64,000 bases of DNA, from contig VAFM01000002.1 of the NCBI GenBank assembly GCA_005768725.1, forward strand, positions 276,486 through 340,485, written 5' to 3'. This document shows, piece after piece, positions 37,264 to 46,375 of this stretch (within the stretch, counting starts at the first letter, position 1; the number at the start of each line of letters is the position of its first letter). The notes beneath the pieces are model-generated. The model did no database searches, had not been told where the DNA came from, and saw nothing but the letters and a program-made list of their open reading frames with translations. Position numbers and translations under genes: made by a program. The DNA comes from Blastochloris viridis. GTDB lineage: Bacteria > Pseudomonadota > Alphaproteobacteria > UBA2136 > UBA6156.

Positions 37264-37298
37264 TGGGCGACACTGGGAATCTATGGGATGTTATGGGA
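37264..37298 (+). promoter_or_regulatory. Four direct TGGGN repeats with 10-nt periodicity (TGGGC/TGGGA/TGGGA/TGGGA) in the mraZ-rnpB divergent region; candidate MraZ operator
   Basis: tttgggcgacactgggaatctatgggatgttatgggac; matches the published MraZ-box architecture (TGGGN direct repeats, 10-bp spacing). Confidence 0.4.
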
Positions 37299-37465
37299 CA
37301 ACGCAAGAGGAAAAGTGACATACCCCGCAGTATTTCTCGCCTAAGGCTGTGGATAAGTCTGGGGACGGAATCCCAAACACCCCCTCAAACAGCGCGGCCA
37401 CACGCCAAAAGAAAAAGATCGGCCCATAAAATCCCATCGGAACAAACCTTGTTTTTCCCCTCCCC

Positions 37466-37494
37466 TTGCCCAATCGGTCAGCAACTCTTATAAG
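37466..37494 (+). promoter_or_regulatory. Sigma-70-type promoter for rnpB (TTGCCC-N17-TATAAG)
   Basis: -35/-10 hexamers with 17-nt spacer about 7 nt upstream of the predicted RNase P RNA 5' end. Confidence 0.5.
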
Positions 37495-37498
37495 GCAC

Positions 37499-38020
37499 CT
37501 GCACGGGGTCACCGCGAGCCGCAAGGTTCGAGGAAAGTCCGGGCACCCACGGGCCACCGGCCGGAGAATATCCGGGCTGGCGACTCCCGCCAGACCAACA
37601 GGGCCACAGAAAAGAACCACCCCAGCAATGGGGAACGGGTGAAAAGGTAGGGTAAAAGCCTACCGCCGTTTCTAGCAATAGAGCGGGCGAGAGTAGGTTC
37701 CAGAATCGCTAGGCAGAGGTGATTTTTGAGATTTGCAAAGACTGAGCACCGTAAGTGTACACGCGAGTACACGCGGAGCGGAAGGCAAGCAAAGCTCAAA
37801 AAGCGCTCTGCATAGTAGATTCTGGAGCCTACTCGAAGGTAACCTGCCGGAGGGTGCAATGCTAAATAGGGACTCCCAGTGGCGCGGTCCGCGTCCGAAG
37901 CGCAAGCCGAGGAGGGTCCGGGTTGGCAGCTTGACGCCTGACGCAAGTCAGCGCGCAGATGAATGGTGACCGATCCCGCAAGGGAGAACAGAACCCGGCT
38001 TATACGTGCAGCAGGAGACT
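37499..38020 (+). ncRNA. rnpB: RNase P RNA (bacterial type A) with about 127-nt repeat-element insertion in helix P12
   Basis: P4 core AGGAAAGTCCGGGC (37531-37544), 3' core ACAGAACCCGGCTTATACG, P1/P2 complementarity (ggtcacc/ggtgacc); terminator hairpin follows. Confidence 0.78.
37699..37825 (+). repeat. Structured repeat element, copy 1 (diverged), inserted at the tip of rnpB P12
   Basis: ccagaatcgctaggcagag..gcaccgtaagtgtacacgcgagtacacgcggagcg..tagtagattctgg; homologous to copies at 38098 and 41420. Confidence 0.7.
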
Positions 38021-38047
38021 ATGGGGCCCTCGGGCCCCATCTTTGTT
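38021..38047 (+). terminator. Rho-independent terminator after rnpB
   Basis: atggggccc-tc-gggccccat then ctttgttt. Confidence 0.65.
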
Positions 38048-38097
38048 TAAGATATTAGAGGGGAATCCGTCCGCCATAAGGCGGGCGTTTGTTTAGA

Positions 38098-38236
38098 CTC
38101 CGGAACTCGCTGGCAGCGAGGGATTTTTGATTTTCTCCGCTGATGCTAGCACCGTAAGTGTACAAGGTCGGTACATGCGGAGCGCAGCATCAAGGAAAAA
38201 TCAAAAAGCACCGCTGTCCAGTAGAGTTCGGTTCCT
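38098..38236 (+). repeat. Structured repeat element, copy 2 (about 138 nt, long imperfect hairpin with terminal inverted repeats ccggaactc / gagttcgg)
   Basis: ccggaactcgctggcagcgagggatttttgattttctccgctgatgctagcaccgtaagtgtacaaggtcggtacatgcggagcgcagcatcaaggaaaaatcaaaaagcaccgctgtccagtagagttcgg. Confidence 0.7.
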
Positions 38237-38242
38237 TAGGAT

Positions 38243-38818
38243 TTATCGCAACCAGTCCCAACTGAAGTGCACGCCCGGATCCGTCTTCCGCCCCGGCGCC
38301 ACTTCATTATGCCCAAGCACACGCTCGGAGGTGATATGCGGATTCCGCGCTAGAATATCCGCCACCAGTTCTTTGAGCGCGAGATACTGCGCTTCGGTAT
38401 AAGGCTCGGCCCGCGTCCAGCCTACCAGAGTTTCTTGCTCCACACTGGGCGGCCCGTCCAAAAACGGCCCACAGTTGGCCACTTCAATCCCCAGGCTCCA
38501 GTTATTAAGCCCGTTAACCTCCGCACCATCGCTTTTCACGGCACGGCTCACACCGGCATGGAAGGCCACCAGACGCTCCGGCACGAGCTGAATGACCTCA
38601 CCCTCACGGGTAATATAATAATGACAACTCACCTCGGCCACAGGGTCGCACAGGCGCTGCAAGGCGCCGTCGTCCCCCGCCATCCACGTGCCATGTATGA
38701 TCACGAATTCCAGTCGCTCACCCGCGTTGCGCGTGCGGTAGTTAGGGCTGGGCAATACGCGGTCAACCAGAGCCGAGTCCGCCGTGAACACCGGCACAGC
38801 CGTCGCTACATCGGCCAC
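38243..38818 (-). CDS. ampD: N-acetylmuramoyl-L-alanine amidase, AmpD-like (Amidase_2 family)
   Basis: Zn-ligand and catalytic motifs (IIHGTW.., HNEVAPGRKTDPG), 191 aa. Confidence 0.8.
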   Translation of the reverse strand: MADVATAVPVFTADSALVDRVLPSPNYRTRNAGERLEFVIIHGTWMAGDDGALQRLCDPVAEVSCHYYITREGEVIQLVPERLVAFHAGVSRAVKSDGAEVNGLNNWSLGIEVANCGPFLDGPPSVEQETLVGWTRAEPYTEAQYLALKELVADILARNPHITSERVLGHNEVAPGRKTDPGVHFSWDWLR

Positions 38819-39819
38819 AGGCGGTTCACCACATCACGGATCTTCGGCAGAGGCCCCACCGGCTGACCGTTCAATGTCAGGGTCATCTGCATATTGCCCA
38901 TACGGATGGTCCCGACTGACGGCAGGTTGCGCATAAAGCGGTTCACACCATTAATCTCCGCATCATTCTGCGGCGCCAATACGCCGGAGGCCCGCACCCA
39001 ACGCGCCAGGTTCTGGCTCTTGTCGCTCGTAAAGGTCATTTCGCCCAGCATCTGGTAATCACGGGTCACGGTCGCGCGGCCGAACACCGCAGCAGTCGTG
39101 CTGGCACCCTGTATCGTGGTCTTGACCGAAAGACTGGCGATATCCACCACATCCCCGGGGCGTAACGCCATCACCGCCGCTTTCACAAGCGCTCCGGCTG
39201 TTGGCACCTGCCCCTGCCCGAACACATTCACCATCGCCGCAAACGACGCCGCGGGGATCTGCATCTTCCCGCTCACCACCGCCTCACCGCCTTGCCATTT
39301 CGGACGACTCGCAAGGTTGAGGTCAACCGCACCGCCATTAATGCCGCGCTCCAGCACCACATCGCCCAAGCTCACCAGTTCGTTGCCAGCCAAGTCAAGC
39401 ACGCGCACACTCTCGGCTTTCAGCGTCAGGCTGTTTTCCTTTTCAATCCACATCACACGCCCGTCCTGGGTTTCCAGTATCAGCTTACGCCCTTGTGCCA
39501 GCGTCACTTCCACGCGCTCGGGCAATTCGATAACCCAGCGGTCGCGGCGGAAGAAATCGCTGCTCAGACGCAGGCTGGGCGCCGAAATACTCTGCACAGG
39601 CCCGCTGCTGAACTCCACACGCGGTGCCGGCATATCCATCGTTACGTGCATCACGTCGGGCACCCACTGCGGTTGGCCGTAACTCACGCGGGCCTGCAGC
39701 CCCTGTTCCAGCGTACCCTTCATTTTAGCAGTGGTGTACTCAAGGCTCACCATCCAGAATACACCGTACCCCAGCACGGCCAGCAGGGCTGCCAGAAAAA
39801 GAGCTGCAATTGTCCGCAT
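38806..39819 (-). CDS. Membrane-anchored hypothetical protein (337 aa, N-terminal TM, periplasmic beta-rich body)
   Basis: Long ORF, 13-nt overlap with ampD start suggests co-transcription; no confident family assignment. Confidence 0.5.
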   Translation of the reverse strand: MRTIAALFLAALLAVLGYGVFWMVSLEYTTAKMKGTLEQGLQARVSYGQPQWVPDVMHVTMDMPAPRVEFSSGPVQSISAPSLRLSSDFFRRDRWVIELPERVEVTLAQGRKLILETQDGRVMWIEKENSLTLKAESVRVLDLAGNELVSLGDVVLERGINGGAVDLNLASRPKWQGGEAVVSGKMQIPAASFAAMVNVFGQGQVPTAGALVKAAVMALRPGDVVDIASLSVKTTIQGASTTAAVFGRATVTRDYQMLGEMTFTSDKSQNLARWVRASGVLAPQNDAEINGVNRFMRNLPSVGTIRMGNMQMTLTLNGQPVGPLPKIRDVVNRLWPM

Positions 39820-39846
39820 ATCGTTTCTCGTCCTCGTTTATCGTGG

Positions 39847-41307
39847 TTATTTGGCGTCGGGAGAAATCATCTGCTCCGGGCGGACCGCGGCATCAAACGT
39901 CTTGGCATCCAAAAAGCCCAGCTTCAACGCCGCCTCTTTCAGGCTCATGTTGTCATGCAAGGCTTTCTTGGCCACTTGGGCGGCCTTGTCGTAACCGATC
40001 ACATTGTTCAGCGCCGTCACCAGCATCAGGCTGTTGGCCAGGTGGCGCTCGATCTGTGGCTTGTTCGGCTCCAAGCCAACCAGACAGTTGTCGGTGAAGC
40101 TTTGCAGCGCGTCGGCCAGCAAAGTCACGCTTTGCAGAATATTATGAATGATGAGCGGCTTGAACACGTTGAGTTGCAGGTGTCCTTGCAAACCACCTAC
40201 AGTCACGGCGGCATCGTTCCCAATCACCTGGCAGCACACCATGCTCAATGCCTCGCATTGGGTCGGGTTGACCTTACCGGGCATGATGCTGCTACCCGGC
40301 TCATTGGCAGGCAGGTTCAGCTCGTTCAGGCCGCAACGCGGACCGCTACCCAGCAGACGCACGTCATTGGCAATCTTCATCGCCGCCACGGCGGTGGTCT
40401 TCAGGCTGGCGCTCAGTTGCACCAGCGGGTCATGCGCTGCCAAGCCAAAGAACTTGTTCTCCATCTCACGGAATTTGAGGCCCAGTTCCTTGGCGCAGTA
40501 CTTGGTCACAAGGCCCGGGAATTTCACGTGGGTGTTCAAGCCGGTACCGACAGCCGTCCCGCCAATCGGCAGCGCCAGTGCGCCATTCAGGGCATCTTTC
40601 ACCGCGGCTTCAGCAAACTCGATCTGCGCCGCAAAAGCCGAAAATTCCTGACCCAGCGTCAGCGGTGTCGCATCCTGCAGGTGGGTGCGACCGATCTTGA
40701 TGATCTTCTGCCACGCCTTGACCTTCTTGTTCAGTTCCTTCTTCACCGTCGCCAGCACCGGCAGCAGTTCCTGGGCCACGGCATCGCACGCAGCCAGATG
40801 CATGGCGGCCGGGAAGGTATCGTTGCTGCTCTGCCCCTTGTTGACATGGTCATTCGGGTGCACCGGAGACTTGCCGCCACGGTTCCCCGTCAGCATCTCA
40901 TTGGCACGACCGGCGATCACTTCGTTCAGGTTCATATTGGTCTGCGTGCCGCTGCCGGTCTGCCAGACCACCAGCGGGAAATTCCCGTCCAGCGTGCCGG
41001 AGATCACTTCATCTGCCGCCGCCGTAATGGCTTTCACCAGCTTGGCATCCAGACGCTTCAGGTCACCGTTGGCCAGCGCCGCACTCTTCTTCAGCACGGC
41101 ATAGGCTTTCACAAAACGCGGCGTGAAGCTGAAGCGCTGTTCACCGCCGATACGGAAATTCTCGCTGCTGCGCTGGGTCTGGGCGCCCCAGTAGCGCTCG
41201 GCAGGGACCGGTACGGCACCCATGCTGTCGGTTTCATCGCGGGTGGCAGCGGTCATGGCTTTCACGTTTTTGGCGGAAGCCGCGGGTTTCTTGAGGGCAG
41301 AGGCCAT
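39847..41307 (-). CDS. fumC: Fumarate hydratase class II
   Basis: [16 protein letters not shown] signature, 486 aa (possible start at internal Met 41256). Confidence 0.92.
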   Translation of the reverse strand: MASALKKPAASAKNVKAMTAATRDETDSMGAVPVPAERYWGAQTQRSSENFRIGGEQRFSFTPRFVKAYAVLKKSAALANGDLKRLDAKLVKAITAAADEVISGTLDGNFPLVVWQTGSGTQTNMNLNEVIAGRANEMLTGNRGGKSPVHPNDHVNKGQSSNDTFPAAMHLAACDAVAQELLPVLATVKKELNKKVKAWQKIIKIGRTHLQDATPLTLGQEFSAFAAQIEFAEAAVKDALNGALALPIGGTAVGTGLNTHVKFPGLVTKYCAKELGLKFREMENKFFGLAAHDPLVQLSASLKTTAVAAMKIANDVRLLGSGPRCGLNELNLPANEPGSSIMPGKVNPTQCEALSMVCCQVIGNDAAVTVGGLQGHLQLNVFKPLIIHNILQSVTLLADALQSFTDNCLVGLEPNKPQIERHLANSLMLVTALNNVIGYDKAAQVAKKALHDNMSLKEAALKLGFLDAKTFDAAVRPEQMISPDAK

Positions 41308-41419
41308 GGGGTAGTATCCTTCTTGTATGCCGCCACTCTAAGCGCAAAAAAAAAGCGGCACCAGAGGCACCGCGGAAAATTAACAAGAGACCGTGGGATA
41401 ATCGCACAAACAGGTTCGG

Positions 41420-41554
41420 CCCCGGAACTCGCTGAGCGCGAGGGATTTTTTGTTTTCTCCGCAGAGACGAGCACCGCAAGTGTACGAGGTTGTACATGCG
41501 GAGCGCAGGAACAAGGAAAAACAAAAAAGCACCGCGCTCAGTAGAGTTCGGTGC
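41420..41554 (+). repeat. Structured repeat element, copy 3, between fumC and flgE
   Basis: ccggaactcgctgagcgcgagggattttttgttttctccgcagagacgagcaccgcaagtgtacgaggttgtacatgcggagcgcaggaacaaggaaaaacaaaaaagcaccgcgctcagtagagttcgg. Confidence 0.7.
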
Positions 41555-41571
41555 TTTGAGAGAGGATGCTA

Positions 41572-43254
41572 CTAGCGAAGTTGCAACAACTCGTTGAGCA
41601 TCTGGTCTACCGTGGTGATCACCTTGCTGCTCGCCTGGAACGCACGCTGGGCCACGATCATGTTGGAGAACTCACCGGCGATGTCGGTGGTCGAACCTTC
41701 CAGACTCCCGCTCACGATACGACCGGTACCACCGACACCCGCCTGCTTCAGCAGTGCCTGGCCGCTGGCGTCGGTCGATTGCAGCAGGCTGCCCGACACC
41801 ACTTCCAGACCCGCCGGGTTCTGGAACGCAGCCAGCGCGACCTTGAACAGCTTCTTCACTTCACCGTTGGTAAAGGTACCGCTCACAAAACCCTCTTCGT
41901 CAACCGAGATGGAAGCCAGCGAACCTGCACCGAAACCGTCCTGGTTCACACCGCCGGTGTTGTAGGCGGAGGCCAGCTGGGTCATACCGTCGGTACCGAT
42001 ACCATCCTGCAGCTTATTGCGGGTGGCGACCGTAAAGGTCTGGATCGGACCGTTGGCAGCACCTTCGTTAAAGGCGTCGCTGACCGTCACACGTACCGCA
42101 GCCGTCAGTGTCGGCGGGTTGGCAGGGAAGAACAGTTCACGCGTACCGTTTGCAGCAATTTGTGCAGCCGGGATCGTACCGATAACCGTCGTCCCGTCGG
42201 TATCCAGAAGTTCGACGTTACCACCGTTCATATTGAGGGTGTAAGTACCGCCCGAAGTCAGCGTACCGGTTTCCACAGCAACACCCAGAATACCTGTCGT
42301 GCTGGCGTTGGCAGTTGTCGCGGTGGTGGTTTGACCGCCGGTGAACTGGCCGAAGTTCATGGTAATGGCACTCGCGGCTACACCGTTGGCCCACTGGATG
42401 TTGGTGGCCGTACCGGTCGCATATTTCAGGGTACCGCCATTGGTGTTGAATTCCAGAACACCGCCACCGACTTTCACGCGGGAGCCGTCGGCGCTGGTGG
42501 CCTGACCGGTACCCGGCTGAATGTCAGCCGAGTCGGCAACCAGTTGCCAGTCCCAGGTGTTGGCACTGCGCTTGGTAAAGTGAATGGTCATGTCGCGGGC
42601 CCCACCCTGAGCGTCATACACACGGACGTCGGCCACATAGTCGGCAAGGGTCGGGTCATCCAGCGTATCTTGCAGGACCTGCGCAAGGGTATCCGTACCG
42701 AGCGTGCCGTAAATAGAGTTCACGGTTTCGGTGTTGTTCAGGTTCGCCTTGATGGAGAAATTCTCGGTCTGCTTGGCGGATACACCCACACTCTGCAGTT
42801 CGATCGCCTGCGGCTCCTGAATATTGACGATGGTACCATCGCTTTCGGTGCGCCAGCCCTGCAGGTAAAAACCATCCGGGTTGACCAGGTAACCTTCCTT
42901 GTTTTCGCTGAAGCTACCGGCACGGGTATAGTAGGTCGTGCTCTGGGTGCTGTTCACCTTGTTGTCGGAGACAACGAAGAAACCGGTACCGGAAATCGCA
43001 AGGTCGGTCTTGCTGGTGCTGGTAATAAAGCTACCCTGGCTGCTCTGGCCACGCAGAACCGAGGTCCCGACACCACCCGAGTTATACTGGGTACCGGAGG
43101 CACCGCTGCTGGTCACCATTTGGGAGAACAGCGTACGGCTGGCCTTATAACCAATGGTATTGGTGTTGGCGAGGTTGTCAGAGATCACGCTGATGGCTTG
43201 GCCTTGTGCGCCGATCCCGGCGACACTGGCGGTCATTGCTCCAAACAGACTCAT
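41572..43254 (-). CDS. flgE: Flagellar hook protein FlgE
   Basis: N-terminal MSLFGAMTASVAGIGAQGQAISVISDNLANTNTIGYK and C-terminal DIAGEFSNMIVAQRAFQASSKVITTVDQMLNELLQLR rod/hook signatures. Confidence 0.9.
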   Translation of the reverse strand: MSLFGAMTASVAGIGAQGQAISVISDNLANTNTIGYKASRTLFSQMVTSSGASGTQYNSGGVGTSVLRGQSSQGSFITSTSKTDLAISGTGFFVVSDNKVNSTQSTTYYTRAGSFSENKEGYLVNPDGFYLQGWRTESDGTIVNIQEPQAIELQSVGVSAKQTENFSIKANLNNTETVNSIYGTLGTDTLAQVLQDTLDDPTLADYVADVRVYDAQGGARDMTIHFTKRSANTWDWQLVADSADIQPGTGQATSADGSRVKVGGGVLEFNTNGGTLKYATGTATNIQWANGVAASAITMNFGQFTGGQTTTATTANASTTGILGVAVETGTLTSGGTYTLNMNGGNVELLDTDGTTVIGTIPAAQIAANGTRELFFPANPPTLTAAVRVTVSDAFNEGAANGPIQTFTVATRNKLQDGIGTDGMTQLASAYNTGGVNQDGFGAGSLASISVDEEGFVSGTFTNGEVKKLFKVALAAFQNPAGLEVVSGSLLQSTDASGQALLKQAGVGGTGRIVSGSLEGSTTDIAGEFSNMIVAQRAFQASSKVITTVDQMLNELLQLR

Positions 43255-43316
43255 GATGGTATCCTTTCGGTTGGGTAATTAGTTGGGTTGATAAAGAATT
43301 ATTGTTGTATCTCGGG

Positions 43317-43991
43317 TTACAGTGCCGTCACCGCGAGCACATCCTTGACGCCGACGGTACGCCCGTCTGTCATCACCAGGCTGGCATTGCCGTCTTCGGT
43401 AATCACGCTGGAAACGACACCGTAGGTCATCACGGTATTCGGAATGACAGCGCCCTTGGCATCAATGGCACGTACACTCACGCTATAGGTACCTTCAGCC
43501 ACTTTTTCGCCGGCATCATTCTTGCCGTCCCAGCTCACAATGTGGTTCCCCGTGGTGCCGTCGCCGGTCTGGGTTTTCACAACCTTGCCGTCTGCGTCAC
43601 GGATGGTGATTTCAACGCTGCTGGCGGTCTTATCCAGCTTGTAAGCAAATTCGCTGCCGCCTTCCTTGCCCACGGCCATAATGCTCCCCGGTGCAAGGGC
43701 GACTTTACCGATGTAGCTCACCGCGAGGCTGGTCTGGCCATAATCACGCTGCTCCAGCAGTTGGGAGAGGTAGTTGTTGCTGTTGATCTGCTGTTCAAGC
43801 GCACTAAACTGCGCGATCTGACCGGTAAATTCGGTACCTTCCAGCGGGTTCAGCGGGTCCTGGTTCTTCAACTGGGCCACCAGAAGTTTGAGGAAGGTGT
43901 TGAAGTCAACGGTGTTCAGACCGCCGCCGGCAGCGGACGTCAGCGCACCCGCGGCATTCCCCGCGTTATTGGTACCTGCAACTGTAGCCAT
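43317..43991 (-). CDS. flgD: Flagellar hook assembly (capping) protein FlgD
   Basis: FLKLLVAQLKNQDPLNP motif; start at internal MATVAGT Met with AGGATAACG RBS. Confidence 0.85.
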   Translation of the reverse strand: MATVAGTNNAGNAAGALTSAAGGGLNTVDFNTFLKLLVAQLKNQDPLNPLEGTEFTGQIAQFSALEQQINSNNYLSQLLEQRDYGQTSLAVSYIGKVALAPGSIMAVGKEGGSEFAYKLDKTASSVEITIRDADGKVVKTQTGDGTTGNHIVSWDGKNDAGEKVAEGTYSVSVRAIDAKGAVIPNTVMTYGVVSSVITEDGNASLVMTDGRTVGVKDVLAVTAL

Positions 43992-44008
43992 AATCGTTAT
44001 CCTAACCG

Positions 44009-45697
44009 TTATACATTTACATCCAGCATGCGGTCCGGGCTGACCCATTCCGCAAGATTGCTCACAAGGGGAGACGCCTCACCGGCAACGTCACCCGTCA
44101 CACCGCTCATACCGGTGCCGCTGGTGCGACGTCCGTTCGGCGTGGTCTGGGCTTGGGCATTCTGGCTTTGCTGGCCAAATTGTCCGCTACCGCTGTCGTT
44201 GCTCAACATCAGGTTGATCCCTTGTTCGCTTACCTTCAAACCGGCATCCGCCAGTCCTTGTCTCAAGGTATGCAACTCGCGTGCCAATTGCTCCACAACC
44301 CGCGGTTCACTTGCCGCAATCGCGCCATGAACCTTGCCTTCGGCAATGGTCAGCTCCACGGTCACCTTGCCCAGTTCCACCGGGTTCAGGTGCATGCGCA
44401 CGGTGCCACCGCCCTGCTCCAGCAGCGGCTGAATCTGCATATTCACCTGACGGCCGACCTGAGCCTTGTCCAGCAAGCCCTGAATCGCTTCATACTGTTC
44501 GGCATAACCGGTACCGCTCGCGGCCGCCTGCGCGGGGAGAGACGGATTGGCCAAAGCCTCGGCACGCTGCTGCTGCATCCATTGACCATGGGTGGTCGAA
44601 GGCGTCGCATCCGCACCTTTCACCGGGAGATCCGCCGTCGCATCGGCCTGCTCACGGCCGGTCGGCAACGGCTTCACCGCCTGCACGGTTTCGGTGCCGT
44701 TCGCATCGGCAGCCAGCGTGTAATAGGTCTCGCCTTCCGGCATCGTCACAATCTCATCGCGTGTCACAGGCTGAACCGTCACCGGCGCACGCGCCGCAAG
44801 CGTTACCTGCTTGGCGTCCACAGCAACATTCGCCACCGGTGCATCAGCCGCAGCCAACGCCGCAGTGTCCACGGGCTGCGCCTCCGGCAAAATCATCCCG
44901 ACATGCGCCGCATCTCCGTCCTGCACAACATCTACCTGAAACACCCGCAGCGCCGGCGCTTTTACCGCCACCTCACGGGTCACATCACCGTCACGCAAAC
45001 TCGCCAGCAGGTCACTGCCGGAAGGCAGTTTCGCCAGCGGCAGACTGCTCACGGTCAAGGTCTGTTCGGTGGTGGAAATCTGCAAACTGAAACTTTGGTT
45101 CTCTCCCTCGCCCACCGGCTGCGCGGCCTGACCCATCACGGTCAGCATCATCGCTGCCAGCGTGCCCGCCGTCTCGGCATCCAGTTCTTTCTCCTTGCCA
45201 TGATACTGCTCAACCAGTTTCATCATGGTCTCGATCCGGGCGGCAACCCCTTGGGCGGTCTCGGCGTCCATCCCCAGCTCCTGCAGGGCGCCCGCCAGCG
45301 CAGCCGTATCACCGGCCCCGCTCAGATCTAATCCACCTTCCAGAATGATCTTTTGATAAACCTCTTTCACCTGCGCCATGAACGCTTTCACGGTTTCGGC
45401 ATCACCCTTTACGGTCACGGCAGGTGCATCTTCATCCAGCTGTACCGTCTGTTCCACCACACCTTGGGTGGCAAAAAACGCCGATACATCAAATCCCATA
45501 TCCGCGACCACATCCGACCCCTCACCGCCGAACTTCACTGCCATCATACCGGCACCCATGGCCGGAGCCGCCGCACCGCCCATCAACGCCCCGAACAGAC
45601 CACCTAGGCCTGTTAAGTCCGGCGTACCGGCACCACCGGTCAACACAGAACCGGCTCCGAAAGAGACACCAGGGGCAATGACAGGTGAAGAAGACAT
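44009..45697 (-). CDS. fliK: Flagellar hook-length control protein FliK
   Basis: Low-complexity Ala/Gly/Thr-rich N-terminal part plus C-terminal Flg_hook domain (LNPVELGKVTVELTIAEGKVHGAIAASEP). Confidence 0.75.
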   Translation of the reverse strand: MSSSPVIAPGVSFGAGSVLTGGAGTPDLTGLGGLFGALMGGAAAPAMGAGMMAVKFGGEGSDVVADMGFDVSAFFATQGVVEQTVQLDEDAPAVTVKGDAETVKAFMAQVKEVYQKIILEGGLDLSGAGDTAALAGALQELGMDAETAQGVAARIETMMKLVEQYHGKEKELDAETAGTLAAMMLTVMGQAAQPVGEGENQSFSLQISTTEQTLTVSSLPLAKLPSGSDLLASLRDGDVTREVAVKAPALRVFQVDVVQDGDAAHVGMILPEAQPVDTAALAAADAPVANVAVDAKQVTLAARAPVTVQPVTRDEIVTMPEGETYYTLAADANGTETVQAVKPLPTGREQADATADLPVKGADATPSTTHGQWMQQQRAEALANPSLPAQAAASGTGYAEQYEAIQGLLDKAQVGRQVNMQIQPLLEQGGGTVRMHLNPVELGKVTVELTIAEGKVHGAIAASEPRVVEQLARELHTLRQGLADAGLKVSEQGINLMLSNDSGSGQFGQQSQNAQAQTTPNGRRTSGTGMSGVTGDVAGEASPLVSNLAEWVSPDRMLDVNV

Positions 45698-45806
45698 GGT
45701 ACAGGCGTCCTAACTCGTTTATACTTGCGCAAATCAGTTAACAGGGCGGCCGGGTGGAAAGGGAGAGAGAGCCAGCCGCACTGTTGCCAACAGGAATGCA
45801 AGACCT

Positions 45807-46097
45807 ATGCCAAACCCACCCACACCTCCCTACCAGCCCAAAGCGGCTGCGCTGAAATACGATAAGGAAACCTCCGCCGCCCCGAAGCTGACCGCCAAGG
45901 GCCGTGGCCTGGTGGCCGAAAAGATCATCGCGCTGGCCGAGTCCGAAGGCATTCCCCTCTACCGCGACCCGGACCTGATCGAGATCCTCGACAAGACCGA
46001 ACTCGACACCGAGATCCCGCTGGAAGTCTACGCCATTGTGGCCGAGATCTTTGCCTTCGTGTATAAGGTCAACCAGCAGAAGAAAATCAAACTCTAG
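45807..46097 (+). CDS. Standalone FlhB C-terminal-domain homolog (96 aa, cytoplasmic, no TM region)
   Basis: Alignable to FlhB C-terminal fragment (..AAPKLTAKGRGLVAEKIIALAESEGIPLYRDPDL..EIPLEVYAIVAEIFAFVYK). Confidence 0.7.
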   Translation: MPNPPTPPYQPKAAALKYDKETSAAPKLTAKGRGLVAEKIIALAESEGIPLYRDPDLIEILDKTELDTEIPLEVYAIVAEIFAFVYKVNQQKKIKL

Positions 46098-46109
46098 GTA
46101 TTTTTCCTT

Positions 46110-46370
46110 ATGGCGACGCCCCTCCTCCCGCTTCTCGAGATCCTCCGCAACCCGGAAAGCCCGGGCTTTGCCGAAGCCGCACAACGCCTCGGCACGGTAC
46201 TGGAAACCTTCGACCCGACCACACTGTCCGAAGCCGACCGCCTCGCGGTACAGGCCAGCCTGACCGAGGCTCTAGCCAATATCAGCGCCGCCCAAAGCCT
46301 AACCGCCCAGGAGCTCGGCATTACGCAAAAACGTGCCCACGCCCTGCAATCCTACAACCGTCTCAAGTAA
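46110..46370 (+). CDS. Hypothetical protein in flagellar operon (86 aa)
   Basis: ORF packed between FlhB-C homolog and fliO; no known motif. Confidence 0.4.
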   Translation: MATPLLPLLEILRNPESPGFAEAAQRLGTVLETFDPTTLSEADRLAVQASLTEALANISAAQSLTAQELGITQKRAHALQSYNRLK

Positions 46371-46375
46371 GTTTT

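Noticed and set aside
37699-41554. The repeat copies as a CRISPR array
   Set aside because: Only three dispersed copies, 130-140 nt long, internally palindromic, with no regular spacer periodicity and no cas genes. They behave like REP/MITE-type elements, not CRISPR repeats
45698-45806. Sigma-54 (TGGCAC-N5-TTGCW) or sigma-28 promoters upstream of fliK, the FlhB-C gene, cheA, fliL and the MotE-like gene
   Set aside because: TTGGCAAC and TGGCACCCCTGCC-like strings occur, but none has the correct -24 GG / -12 GC spacing and orientation. Not reportable without TSS data
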